Positions 33,775-46,860 of a stretch of DNA of 64,000 nt are shown here, piece after piece. Within the stretch, counting starts at the first letter, position 1; the number at the start of each line of letters is the position of its first letter. Source of the stretch: Mobula hypostoma (Eukaryota). The stretch spans positions 244,654,001-244,718,000 of the forward strand of contig NC_086097.1 of assembly GCF_963921235.1 (NCBI RefSeq), written 5' to 3'. The translations under genes and the position numbers were made by a program. Below the pieces are notes generated by a model, which saw nothing but the letters and a program-made list of their open reading frames with translations, was not told where the DNA came from and ran no database searches.

Positions 33775-36250
33775 GCAGTATGTCATGATGATATTTGGCT
33801 GATGATATTGTAATCTACTGAGATCAATCTAACCCTTCCCTTCTACATAGCTGACATTTTTCTTTAATTGATGTGCCTATCTAAGAGTTTCTTAAATACT
33901 CCTAATGTATCTGCCTCTACTACCGCCACCACCCTGGCAGTGTATTTCATTCACTTAGCACTGTCTGCATTTAAAACAAAAGGACCCATCTCAAACGTTC
34001 TTCCCTCTTCTCTCTCCCACCCCCCCCCCAATACCTTCCTCCAATCATCTTAAAATTATGTTCTTTGATATAAGTCATTGCCACCCTGGGAAAAGGGCAT
34101 TGGCTGTGCTCTCAATCTATGCTGCTTATATTCGATAGATCTCTTATCAAATATCCTCTAATCCTCTTTTGCTTCAAAGACAAAATCACAAGCCCACTCC
34201 TCATGACATGTTTTCTAATCCAGCAGTATCATGGCAAATAACCTCTGCAACCTCTCTAAAGCTTCCTATAATGGAGTGACCAGAACTGAACACAATACTT
34301 AAAGTATGGTCTAACCAGAGTTTTATGGAGCTGCAATCTTATTTGTGCCTCTTGAAAGTAATCCTCTGAGTAATGAAGGCCAACACCACAGGTCTTAACA
34401 ATCCTATCAATTTGCACGGCAACATTGAGTCTGTGGACATGGGACCCAAGATACCTCTGTTCCTCAACACTGTATGAATCCTGCCATTAACTTTATACCC
34501 TGCCATCTAGTTTGACCTTCCAAGGTGTATCGCTTCACATATTTCTGGATTGAACTCCATCTGCTACTTCTCAGCAAAACTCTGAATCCTGTCAATGTCC
34601 TGTTGTAACCTATGACAACCTTATTGGGTCGACCATGGATGTTGTGTCCCAGCAATCTACACGATGTGCAAGTCAGTACAAGCTGCTGATGAATCTAAAG
34701 AAATGGCAGAGATCAGTACTGTTTGACACCAGCAGCATTGGAGGAGTTGTCACTCGGTGTTGAACTCAATATGGGGCTATCTTTAAAGACTCCAGCTCTG
34801 GATTTTTCCTTGGGGTTTACTCCCAAAGCCTTCCCCCATGAGTGGGTATTGCTGCAAGTAGCAGAGAATTGAGATCAGGGCTGATGAGTCCGATTTCCCT
34901 GAAGTGACTGGTTTTAAGGCTTCTGTAACCTGCTTTTTCCCCTTTCCCAGTCAGTAGAAAGGGTTTCACCAGACTTTGTAGCGAAGCCACATGTAAATAA
35001 AGATCAGGAGCTGGACTTAGGCTATTTGAATTGCACACCACTGGGAGCATTTAGTACATAGTGGGAGCTTATGCCTACTACCACTCCCAGCTATAACAAC
35101 CTTAAGGAACCAGTCTGCTACGCTATCCACACTACTACCAACCTTTTGTCATTTAGTAAACTTGCCCTTCTACTGCCACTCACCCTTCTACTTCCTCATC
35201 TTAAGTCACTAATAAAATTCACAAAGAGCAGCGGCTCAAGAACAGGTTCCTGTGAAACAACACTGATCATAGACATCCACGTAGAAAATGCTCCATTTAC
35301 TACCACCCTCTACTTTCTGTAGGCAAGCCAATTCTGAATCCATGTGGCCAAGTTTCCGTGGATCTCATGGCTCCTGACTTTCTGAATGAGACCCTAACAT
35401 ATAGAACCTTGTCAAACACCATGGTGTGTTGGCCTGTGTTTGTCAGGAAAATGAATTCAATACACACCACATCCACCACTCTGCCTTCTTCAACTTGTTT
35501 TATCATTTCCTTGTAAAAAGTCAATCAGTCTTGTTAGGTTCAACCTGCCCTTCACAAAGCCATGCTGATTATCCCTAATCAGACTATGCTTCTCCAGACA
35601 CTCGTAAAAACTTGTTGTAAGAATCCTTTCCAATAGTTTTCCCACCACTGATATAAGGTTCACTAGTTTATAATGCCCAGAATTATCCTTATTAGTTTGA
35701 ACAAAGGAATAGCATTTGCAACCCTTGGTCTTTTGAATTACTACTGTGGCCAGGAGACCAACGGAGTATACAAAAATCAGCACCAAGGGTGCAGCAATCT
35801 CTTCCCTCACTCCAGACACTCGTAAAAACACACATGGAGTATATCCCATCCAGCCCTAGTGATTTGTTTATCCTGAAATGTCCAGAAAAATAGTCTTGGC
35901 CTGTAACATTAACTGTTTATTCCCCTGATGAGTTCCTCCAGCATTTTGTGTGCGTTGTACTGGATTTCCAGCATCTGCTGAATTTCTTGTGTTTATGACT
36001 TATTTGTCCTAATGATTTTCAGAAGGTACAACACGACCTCTTTTTTTAACTCCAACATGTTCTAACACATAATCATGTTTTATACTATTCTTGCAAACGT
36101 CAAGGTTCCTCTCACTGGTAAATAGTAAAGCAATGTATTTATTAAGGTCCTCCCCTACTTCTCCAATTCCAAGCACATTTCCTCTTTTATCCTAGATTGC
36201 TCCTACTCTTGCTTCAGTCATTCTGCTCTTCACATGTGCAGAACACCATT
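33775..36250 (-). mobile_element. Old fragmented CR1 LINE with later insertions
   Basis: VVGKLLERIL..QHGFVKGR and FDKVL motifs. Interrupted at 34625-35111 and at about 35880-36000. Confidence 0.7.
34625..35111 (-). mobile_element. Bipartite non-autonomous derivative of the 2869 RTE family (5'UTR + 3' tail)
   Basis: The reverse complement starts GGTTCCTTAAGG, follows 2869-3295, and ends in ccatggtcgacc, shared with 7285-7296. Confidence 0.8.
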
Positions 36251-36257
36251 TTCAATC

Positions 36258-36800
36258 ATAGAAATGTAGAAAACCTACAGCACGATACAGGCCTTTAGGC
36301 CCACAAAGCTGTGCCAAACATGTCCTTACCTTAGAAATTACCTAGGGTTACCCATAGCCCTCTATTTTTTTAAGCTCCTTGTACCTATCCAGGAGTCTCT
36401 TAAAAGACCCTATCGTATCTGCCTCCACCACCATCGTCGGCAGCCCATTCTAAGCACTCACCACTCTCTGCATAAAATCTTACCCCGACATCTCTTCTGT
36501 ACCTACTTCCAAGCACCTTAAAACTATGCCCTCTCGTGCTAGCCATTTCAGCCCTGGGAAAAAGCCTCTGACTATCCACACGATCAATGCCTCTCATCAT
36601 CTTGTACGCCTCTATCAGGTCATCTCTCATCCTCCGTTGCTCCAAGGGGAAAAGGTCACTCAACCTATTCTCATAAGGCATGCTCCCCAATCCAGGCAAC
36701 ATCCTTGTAAATCTCCTCTGCACCCTTTCTGTGGCTTCCACCTCCTTCCTGTAGTGAGGTGACCAGAACTGAGCACAGTACTCCAAGTGGGTCTGACCAG
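36258..36800 (-). mobile_element. CR1 3' fragment (same subfamily as 59365)
   Basis: EYCAQFWSPHYRK..TRGHSFKVLG; the 3' UTR closely resembles that at 59365-59470. Confidence 0.88.
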
Positions 36801-36824
36801 GATTCCTGGCATTCAGTTTTCTTT

Positions 36825-37075
36825 TTGTTTTATTTTATTGAGATACAGTGTGGAACAGGCTCTTCCAGCCCTTTGAGCTGCGCTGCTCAGCAACCCCCAA
36901 TTTAATCCTAGCCTAGTCATGGGACAATTTACAATAACCAATTAGCACGTCTTTGGACTGTGGGAGGAAACCAGAGCACCTGGAGGTCACAGGCTGAACG
37001 TACACACTCCTTGCAAACGGGTAGGAATTGAAGCCAGTTCAGGTCGCTGGTACTGTAAAGTGTTGTGCTGTCCCA
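36825..37075 (-). mobile_element. V-domain SINE (HE1-like)
   Basis: The reverse complement contains the V-domain core ggtgctctggtttcctcccacagtccaaagacgtg. Similar copies lie at 46640-46860 (+) and 47765-48025 (-). Confidence 0.7.
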
Positions 37076-37714
37076 ATTAACATTAACAAACTTGCTTGAA
37101 ATTTTACTACACTGAATTCTCTCATTAGCAATTTGTTAAATTGTCCTTTGTTTAATTTCATACTTTTGCAGTTGGGCTGAGGTGAAAACCGGTGCATTTT
37201 TCCTTTGATCAATTCACACACTTAGGTGATTATTAATTTTATTTCACATAAAACTGTTCCCCATCACCAATATTAACCTGAGTGAATTTGCTTCATTTAT
37301 CTTTGCATTACTTTCCGAGCAAAGTTTTCTATACTCTGGTGCAGTCCTGTATCTAAGGGCAGTTAAAGATTATGGGCTTCTGGTCCTCAATTACCTTAGT
37401 TGCATTCTTCTTGACCTGCCAACTTGAATTTCAAGGACAGCAAATATATTTCTTCTTGATATTAATCTTTAACGTTTGTAGCATCTCAGCCATCACTGTT
37501 ATTGATGGTAGACATGGGAGTTCTAAATATTTCTATGGATCCTAATAAAACATAGAACTGTGAATGTCAGGGCGTGAAAGAGTGTTATTGAACAGGGAGA
37601 CCTTGGGTTACAAATAAATAGTTCCCCGAAAATGGCTACCCGAATAGGTGGATGAAGAAGGCACATACATGCTTGCTTTCATCATATATGACATTGAGTA
37701 GAAGAGTTGGGACA

Positions 37715-38265
37715 TGATAAGGCAATAAGGTTAGGAACGGAGTTAGGAAATTTGGCCTATCAAGTCTGCTTTGCCATTTCATGTCTGGATCCGTTTTCCC
37801 TTTCAGCCCCAGTCTCCTGCCTTCTCTCTGCATCCGTTCATGCCCTGACTAATAAAGAATCTATCTATTTCTGCCTTAAATATACCCAATGACTTGGCCT
37901 CCACAACCACCTGTGACTTGCCGCTCTCTGGCTAAAGAAATTCCTCCTTGTCTCCGTTCTAAATGGACGTCCCTCTATTCTGAGGCTGTGACCTCTGGTC
38001 TTAGTCTCCCTCACCATAGGAAACATCCTCTCGGCATCCACTCTGTTAAGGCTTTTCAACATTCAAGAGGTTTTGATGAGAATCCCCCCTCATTCTTCTG
38101 AATTCCATCGAGTACAAGCCGAGAGCCATTAAATGCTCCTCATGTGATATGCCTTTCAGTCCTGGAATCATTTTCATGAACCTCCTTTGAAATGCCTCCA
38201 ATATCAGCATATCCTTTCTTACATAAGGGGCCCAAAACTGCTCACAGTACTCCAAATGAGGCCTC
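37715..38265 (-). mobile_element. CR1 3' fragment nested in an older plus-strand CR1 fragment
   Basis: Translates to RPHLEYCEQFWAPY and TRGHSLRIEG. Confidence 0.8.
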
Positions 38266-38400
38266 GTGTTATGGTTGAACAAAATGTTGGTAGGACTGCA
38301 CTTGGAATATCGTGTGCAGTTCTGATCACCACACTATAGGAAGGATGTGATTAAGTTTGAGATGGTGCATAGAAAGTTCTCAAGGGCTTTGCTGAGACTA

Positions 38401-41400
38401 ATATAAGACCATAAGACAAAGGAGCAGAAGTAGGCCATTCGGCCCATCGTCTGCTCCACCATTTTATCATGAGCTGATCCATTTTATCCTATTTAGTCCC
38501 ACTGCCCCGCCTTCTCACCATAACCTTTGATGCCCTGGCTACTCAGATACATATCAATCTCTGCCTTAAATACACCCAATGACTTGACCTCTACTGCTGC
38601 CCATGGCAACAAATTCCATAGATTCACCACCCTCTGACTAAAAAAATTTTTTCGCATTTCTGTTCTGAAAGGGCGCCCTTCAATCCTGAAGTCATGCCCT
38701 CTCGTACTAGACTCTCCAATCATGGGAAACAACTTTGCCACATCCACTCTGTCCATGCCTTTTAACATTCGAAATGTTTCTATGAGGTCTCCCCTCATTC
38801 TTCTGAACTCCAAGGAATACAGTCCAAGAGCGGACAAACGTTCCTCATATGTTAACCCTTTCATTCCCGGAATCATTCTAGTGAATCTTCTCTGTACCCT
38901 CTCCAACGTCAGCACATCCTTTCTTAAATAAGGAGACCAAAACTGCCCACAGTACTCCAAGTGAGGTCTCACCAGCGCCTTATAGAGCCTCAACATCACA
39001 TCCCTGCTCCTATACTCTATTCCTCTAGAAATGAATGCCAACATTGCATTCGCCTTCTTCACTACTGACTCAACCTGGAGGTTAACTTTAAGGGAATCCT
39101 GTACGAGGACTCCCAAGTCCCGTTGCATCTCAGAACTTTGAATTCTTTCCCCATTTAAATAATAGTCTGCCCGTTTATTTTTTCTGCTGAAGTGCATAAC
39201 CATACACTTTCCAACATTGTACTTCATTTGCCACTTCTTTGCCCATTCTTCCAATCTATCCAAGTCTCTCTGCAGACTCTCCGTTTCCTCAGCACTACCG
39301 GCTCCTCCACCTATCTTCGTATCGTCAGCAAACTTAGCCACAAAGCCCTCTATTCCATAATCCAAATCGTTGATGTACAATGTAAAAAGTAGCGGCCCCA
39401 ACACTGATCCCTGTGGAACACCACTGGTAACCGGCAGCCAACCAGAATAGGGTCCCTTTATTCCCACTCTGTTTCCTGCCAATCAGCCAACGCTTTATCC
39501 ACGTGTGTAACTTCCCCGTAATTCCATGGGCTCTTATCTTGTTAAGCAGCCTCATGTGTGGCACCTTGTCAAAGGCCTTCTGAAAATCCAAATATACAAC
39601 ATTCACTGCATCTCCCTTGTCTAGCCTACTGGTAATTTCCTCAAAAAATTGTAATAGGTTTGTCAGGCAGGATTTTCCTTTAAGGAATCCATGCTGAGTT
39701 CTGCCTATCTTGTCATATGCCTCCAGATACTCTGTAACCTCATCCTTGACAATCGACTCCAACAACTTCCCAACCACCGATGTCAAGCTAACAGGTCTAT
39801 AATTTCCTTTTTGCTTCCTTCCCCCCTTCTTAAATAGCGGAGTGACATTTGCAATCTTCCAGTCCTCCGGAACCATGCCAGAATCTATCGACTTTTGAAA
39901 GATCATCGCTAATGCCTCCGCAATCTCCACAGCTACTTCCTTCAGAACACGAGGGTGCATTCCATCTGGTCCAGGAGATTTATTGACCTTCAGCCTATTC
40001 AGCTTCCTGAGTACTTTCTCTGTCGTAATTGTGACTGCACACACTTCTCTTCCCTGCCACCCTTGAGTGTCCGGTATCCTGATGTCTTCCTCAGTGAAGA
40101 CTGATGCAAAATTCTTGTTCAGTTCCTCTGCCATCTCCTCATCTCCCATTACAATTTCTCCAGTATCATTTTCTATCGGTCCTATATCTACTCTCACCTG
40201 TCTTTTACTCTTTATATACTTGAAAAAGCTTTTAGTATCCTCTCTGATATTATTTGCTAGTTTCCTTTCATAGTTAATCTTTTCTCTCTTAATGACCTTC
40301 TTGGTTTCCTTTTGTAAGGTTTTAAAGACTTCTCAATCCTCTGTCTTCCCACTAATGTTTGCTTCCTTGTATGCCCTCTCCTTAGCTTTAACTTTGGCTT
40401 TGACTTCTCTTGTCAACCACGGTTGCATCCTTTTTCCACTCGAAAATTTCTTCTTTTTTGGAATATACTTGTCTTGCACATTCCTCATTTCTCGCATAAA
40501 CTCCAGCCACTGCTGCTCTGCTGTCTTTCCCGCCAGTGTCTCTTTCCAGTCAGCTTTGGCCAGTTCCTCTCTCATGCTACTGTAGTTTCCTTTACTCCAC
40601 TGAAACACCGACACATCAGATTTCGGCTTCTCTTTTTCTAATTTCACAATGAATTCAATCATGTTATGATCACTGCCTCCTAAGGGTTCCTTCACCTCAA
40701 TCTCTCCAATCACCTCCGGTTCATTACACAATACCCAATCCAGTACAGCCGATCCCCTAGTGGGCTCAGCAACAAGCTGTTCTAAAAAGCCATCTCGCAG
40801 ATATTCTACAAATTCTCTCTCTTGAGATCCAGTGCCAACCTGATTTTTCCAATCTACTCGCATGTTAAAATCCCCCACAATTATCATAACACTGCCCTTC
40901 TGACAAGCCTTTTCTATTTCCAGTTGTAATTTGTAGTCCACATCCCTGCAGCTGTGTGGAGGCCTATAAATAACTGCCATCAGGGTCCTTTTACCCCCGC
41001 TATTCCTTAGCTCAACCCATAAAGATTCTGCACCTTCCGATCCTATATCACCTCTTTCTAATAATTTAATATCATTTCTTACCAATAAAGCCACGCCTCC
41101 CCCTCTGCCTACCTTCCTATCCTTCCGATACACCGTGTATCCTTGGACGTTCAGCTCCCAGAGATATGCATCCTTTAGCCAGGTCTCAGTGATGGCCACA
41201 ATATCATAGCTGCCAATCTGTAGCTATACAACAAGATCATCCACCTTATTTCTTATGCTGCGTGCATTTAAGTACAACACCTTAAGACTTTGATACTTCT
41301 TGCTTTGATTTCACTGCAACTTTATTGCACTGCAACTCATCCCAATGGCTACACATTTGCCCCATCAGCTGCCTGTCTTTCCTGACATCTTTACTGCTCA

Positions 41401-42198
41401 CTATCTTAGATTTATTTCTGTTTTCCCCTTACTCCGCTCTATCATTCCGGTTCCCATCCCCCTGCCAAATTAGTTTAAACCCTCCCTAACAGCTCTATTA
41501 AAACTTTCCCGCCAGGATATTGGTCCCCTTCGGGTTCAGGTGTAACCTGTCCTTTTTGAACAGGTCATACTTCCCCCAGAAGAGATCCCAATTATCCAAG
41601 AATCTGAAGCCCTGCCCCCTACACCAGTCTCTCAGCCACGCATTCATCTGCCTGAACCGACTACTCTTGCCCTCGCTAGCACGTGGCACAGGTAGCAATC
41701 CCGAGATTACTACCCTGGAGGTCCTGCTTCTCAGCTTCCTTCCTAACTCCTGGAAATCTCTCTTCAGGACCTCCTCCTTTGTCCTATCTATGTCATTGGT
41801 ACCAACATGTACCAAGACAACTGGCTGCTCACCCTCCCCCTTTAGAATATTCAGGACCCGATCCGAGACATCCCGTACCCTGGCACCTGGGAGGCAACAC
41901 ACCATGTGGGTATCTCTGTCAGACTCACAGAATCTCCTGTCTGTTCCCCTGACTATGGAATCCCCCACGACTACCGCATTTCTCTTCACCCTCCTTCTCT
42001 CCTGCACAACAGCGCCAGGCTCAGTGCCAGAGACCCGGTCACCGTGGGCGTCCACGTCAGGTCATCCCCCTCAACAGCATCCAGAACAAGATATTTGTTG
42101 CTGAGGGGGACAGCCACAGGGGTGCTCTCCACTATCCGGGCATTTCCCTTCCCTCTCTTGACAGTGACCCAGTGTTCTGACTCCTGTAGCCTAGGGAT
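38401..42198 (-). mobile_element. Young near-intact CR1 LINE (esterase ORF1 part + APE/RT ORF2)
   Basis: ORF1 41498-42055 has SGNH/GDSL motifs GDSIVR, HVGTND and DRLHLN. ORF2 covers 38493-~41290 with about three lesions. Flanked by gacta/gacta inside an older plus-strand CR1. Confidence 0.95.
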
Positions 42199-42881
42199 GA
42201 CTAGGCTATATGAGAGACTGCATAGGATAGGACCTATCCTTGGAGTGAAGCAGGCTGAGCGGGAACATTATCGATATAGGTAAAGTACGTAGTCTTTTTT
42301 TTCCCCAGAATGGGATTAAAAATGGGCAAAACTAGTGGGCATGGGTTTGAGTTGAGTGGGGAAAGATTTAAAGGGGACCTGAGAGACCAGTCTTTCACAG
42401 GAAGAAGTGTGGTGAGAATATGGAATAAGCTGTCACATAAAGTGGTAGAGGTGGTACAATTATAAAGTTTAAAAGACATTTGGACAGGTACATGGATCAG
42501 AAAGCTTTAGAGGGATATGGACCAAATATAAGGAAGATGCCTTCAACAGCCTGGATAAATTGGACTGTAGGGCCTGTTTTCACACTGAGGCGCTGATTCT
42601 TATTAACTCAATTAGCCTGGTTTAATTTTACTAGCATCTGAATTATTCCTATATTCCCTTTTTATTGTAATTCCATTTGTTGCTCTAATTCTGAAAATAA
42701 GATGAATATTAATCAGTCCTATGAAGATGCTCTTTTTTTCCATCTCAAGCATATGAAATATTGGGTACAAAAGGGATGAACTAATCAATAAGGTTATAAG
42801 GTCTGTTTACAAACAAAGCGGCATGATATTCAAAAATACTTTCTTGATTCCCATGTAAAATTGTAATCAACTCTTTTTCAG

Positions 42882-42973
42882 TATGTTTGGGAGCGATTAA
42901 CATCAGGGTTTAAACACAAGAACTTTCGAACTCGTGAAGCAGTCTGTCTATGTCTCATTACCACACTCAACAC
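42882..42973 (+). CDS. CLASP2: CLASP-family exon, YVWERLTSGFKHKNFRTREAVCLCLITTLN+2 nt
   Basis: Acceptor ctctttttcAG and donor GTaagt; 92 nt. Contains the CLASP signature GFKHKNFRxRE. Confidence 0.95.
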
Positions 42974-43073
42974 GTAAGTCAGCATCCTTGTTCTGCTTAA
43001 TTTCTTCAACTGTCAACACAAATGAAGTTAAACTACAGCTTTTTAAAGGACTACAACTAAATTTCCTCACATA

Positions 43074-44664
43074 CAATTGCAAGAAAAAGTTTGTGAACCC
43101 ATTGCAATTATCTGGTTTTCTGCATTAATTACTCATAAAATGTGGTCTGATCTTCATCTCTAAGTCACAGTCTGTCCAAGGTATAAAACACAAAAATTGT
43201 ACTTAACATGAATTAAGTACTTAACACATTGTTTAATCATTCACAGTCCACGCTGGCAAAACTGTGAACCCGTGTATAATAACTGGTAGAACCTCCTTTA
43301 GCAACAATAACCTCCAAGTGTTTTCTGTAGCTGCTGATCAGACTTGCACAATGGCGAGGAGAAACTTTAGACCATTACTTCATACAGGTGATGGACCGCT
43401 ACCCTGACATTCTCCTGTAAAATGTCTTGATACAGTTTTGAATTCATTGTTCCCTCAACGATTGCAAGCTGTTCTGGCCCTAAGACAACAAATCAGCCCC
43501 AAACCATGATGCTCCTTCTACCGTGCTTCACATTTGGGATGAGATTTTGGTGTTGGTGTGCAGTGCTCTTTTTCCTCCAAGCATAGCCAGCAGTGTGCAT
43601 TCTACCAGAAAGTTCAACTTTTGTCTCATCTGTCCACAGAACGTTGTTCTAGTGGTCATTGCAAACTTGAAATCTGCAGTGGTGTTTTTTTGGAGAGCAG
43701 TAGTTTCCTCTGTGGTGTCCTTCCATAAACATCATGGAATTTAGAAGGATGAGAGGGGATCTGATTGAAACATATAAGATTATTAAGGGATTGGACACGC
43801 TAGAGGCAGGAAACATGTTCCCGATGTTGGGGGAGTCCAGAACCAGAGGCCACAGTTTAAGAATAAGGGGTAGACCATTTAGAAAGGAGTTGAGGAAAAA
43901 CTTTTTCACACAGGGGGTTGTGGTTTTGTGGAATGCTCTGCCTCAGAAGGCAGTGGAGGCCAATTCTCCAGATTCTTTCAAGGAGGAGTTAGATAGAGCT
44001 CTTAAAGATAGCGGAGTCAAGGGATATGGGGAGAAGGCAGGAAAAGGGTACTGATTGTGGATGATCAGCTATGATCACAGTGAATGGCGGTGCTGGCTCG
44101 AAGGGCTGAATGGCCTACTCCTGCACTTATTGTCTATTATCATTCTTGTTCAGTGTTTTTCTTATAGTGGGCACGTGAATGTCAACTTTAGCAAGTTCTA
44201 GGGATTTCTGCAGGTCTTTTGCTGTTACCCCTGGGTTCTTTTTCACCTCCTTGCATGTTGTACTCTTGATGTGATCTTTGCAGAATGCCCACTCTTAGGG
44301 AGAGTAGCAATAGTACTGAATTTCATCCAAAATTTTGTGTTACTCCAGAGGTTCACATACTTTTTGAACCTAGACTGTGTTTGTTTAAATAATGTACTCA
44401 GTATTGATGAGAAGTAGTACTATTGTTTGTGAGTCATTAAATACAAGGGTCGAGTCAGAAACATTCATAACGTGACCCAGTTAATCCTGATACCACGTGC
44501 CAGACAAGAATGTCTGAATGTCTGGTACGACATGCTTTTAAAAAAAAAAGTTTAGGTAGAATGTGTTTGTCTATTACTGTGACTTGGATGAAGATCAGAC
44601 CATGTTATGAGTAATGTAGAAAAACAGGTAACTTCAAAGGGTTTGCAAACTTTTCTCGCAACTG
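43074..44664 (-). mobile_element. Tc1-like transposon, second copy of the 27949 family
   Basis: TA|CAATTGCAAGAAAAAGTTTGTGAACCC ... gcaaacttttctcgcaactg. The internal sequence is colinear with 27949-29504, with deletions. Confidence 0.88.
43735..44138 (+). mobile_element. CR1 3' fragment inserted in the Tc1
   Basis: EFRRMRGDLIETYKI..WNALP; flanked by atcat on both sides. Confidence 0.88.
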
Positions 44665-44705
44665 ACAGCGGAATTAGGTTTTTGGCCCATTGTGTCTGCA
44701 CCATT

Positions 44706-45055
44706 CTTTCTTTCTTTTTAAATCTTTTTATTAAATAAGTATACAAAAAGGTAAGCCATATAGACACTAATACATTGTTAGAATATAATAAAATTACAGA
44801 AGATATTAATACAAAAAAAAAACTACAAACAATGTAATTTAAACATAACATACCAAGGTAACATAATAGTATACTAATTTTATATATATATATAAATAGA
44901 GAAAAAGAAAAAAAAACCCCCAAAAAAAACCCACCGTGCAACTAACTAAAAGCAAAGCAAAGCAATGGGCTAACTTGAAACCAAACAGAGTTAAACTTAA
45001 AATCACGTCCTCAATCCCGACCTCCATTAAAAACAGTAAAAAAACAAGAAGGGTA
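44706..45055 (-). mobile_element. 5'-truncated LINE 3'UTR (L1/Tx1-like) with AATAAA and (AAAG)n tail
   Basis: TSD caccatt at 44699-44705 / 45056-45062, inside a CR1 tail. Confidence 0.6.
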
Positions 45056-46428
45056 CACCATTAAATCATGACAGATTTATTTTTCCTCTCCACACTATTC
45101 TCCTGCCTTCTTCGAGTACATTTGATACCCTTACTAATCAAGAACCTATCAACCTCTGCTTTAAATATACCCAATGACTTGACTTCCACAGCCACCTGTG
45201 GCAATGAATTCCACAGATTCGCCACTCTGACTTTATTTAAAAAAAAATCCTCCCAGTCTCTCTTCTGAAGGGACATCCTTCTGTTCTGTAGATGTGCCCT
45301 CCCTCTGATCCTAGAATCTCTCACTGTTGGAAATATCCTCTCTACATCACCTTATCTAGGCGTTCCAATATTTTGTAGATTTCCCCTCCCCCATTTTTAA
45401 AAAAATCCAGTAAGTCCAGGCACAGAGCCATCAAATGCTTTTCATGTTAATTTTGCATTCCCAAGATAATTCTCATAAACTTCTGGTTTTCTCTAGTGGC
45501 AGCACATGCTTTATTAGATGTGTACCATTTCTTGGATAAGGGGGACAACATGCGGATTATCCCAAACAAAAGAAAATCTGCAGATGCTGGAAATCTGAGC
45601 AACACTCACAAAATGCTAGAGGAACTCAGCAGGCCAGATGGCATCTATGGAAAAAAAAAGTACTGCCGACACTTCGACCCGAAACATCAATTGTACGCCT
45701 GGCCCGCTGAGTTCCTCTAGCGTTTTGTGTGTGTTGATGGGGATTATCCCATTTGCCTGTTTTGCTCAACATTCTTCTGAACTCTTCCTCATCATGTATC
45801 TGTCCAAATGTTGTTTTTAAACATGTAATTCTGTCTGACTTTTCCACCACTTCCAGCAGTTCTTTCCAATACCACCACCCTCTTATGTTGAAATCTTTGC
45901 CCACTCATCTTAAACTAATGCCCTTTAGATTTTGACGAAATGTTTAAAATTTTTGGAGGAAAAAGACTGGCTATCTATTGCCATCCATTTTATAAACCTT
46001 AATGATCACCCCTCAGGCTCATCCTCATCAAGCAAGACATTTACCCCCCTTCCCGCCCCCCCCCACCTCCGCCAAATTAGTCCCTCTTCAGAACTCAGGT
46101 CATCTAGTCCAGGCAATGTTCCTGTCAAGCTTCTTCTCATCCTTCCTATTAGCATGATACAACCAGATTACACACAATATTCAAGTGCGGCCTAATCAAC
46201 AAATTGTATAACTGTACCATGAGCATCAACAAATTGCGATAATTGTTTCACAGTAGATAATTTGTCATTATTTTTTCTTGAGAAGTACTGCATGCTGCAT
46301 GCTAGTGTGCAGAATTTAAGATAAATTGGATTAGAGTGGAGATGATGTTTTCTGTGTGTTTGTTTCAAAACAATTAAATAATTGCAATCTGATTTGTTCA
46401 AAAACTATTGTAACTGCTTTTTTTCCAG

Positions 46429-46504
46429 TTATGGAGCACACCCATTGACCTTAAGCAAAATAGTTTCGCACATTTGCAGTCTACTTGCAGATCCAAATAG
46501 CCAG
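46429..46504 (+). CDS. CLASP2: CLASP-family exon, (T)YGAHPLTLSKIVSHICSLLADPNSQ
   Basis: Acceptor tttttttccAG and donor GTatgt; 76 nt. Phase is consistent with the neighbouring exons. Confidence 0.95.
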
Positions 46505-46639
46505 GTATGTATTTTTCAGTGTTTCTTACTAATGTAATATATGGAATTATAAATAAGAACATTAGGTATAAGAACAGAATTAGGCCATTTGGCCCAACAA
46601 GTGTAAATGTAGGGTAAAAAAAATCATTGTCTTGATAGT

Positions 46640-46860
46640 TGGCAACCCAGGTTCAAATCTGCTGCTGTCTGTAAGGTGTTCGTGCATTCTCTCCGTGACA
46701 GCATGGGGAGTGTACTCTTCCATGTTCTCTGGTTTCCTCCCGTGTTCCAAAGACGTATGGATTAGTAGAGTTTATTGGTCATGTGTTTAATTAGGAGGTA
46801 TGGGTTTGTTGGACTGGAAGGGTCTGTTACTGTGCTGTATTTTTAAATAAAAATAAAATT
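46640..46860 (+). mobile_element. V-domain SINE
   Basis: B box GGTTCAAATC, V-like ggtttcctcccgtgttccaaagacgta and an A-rich tail. Confidence 0.7.

Noticed and set aside
41498..42055. Host GDSL lipase/esterase gene
   Set aside because: It sits directly upstream of CR1 ORF2 and recurs in two other CR1 copies, so it is LINE ORF1.
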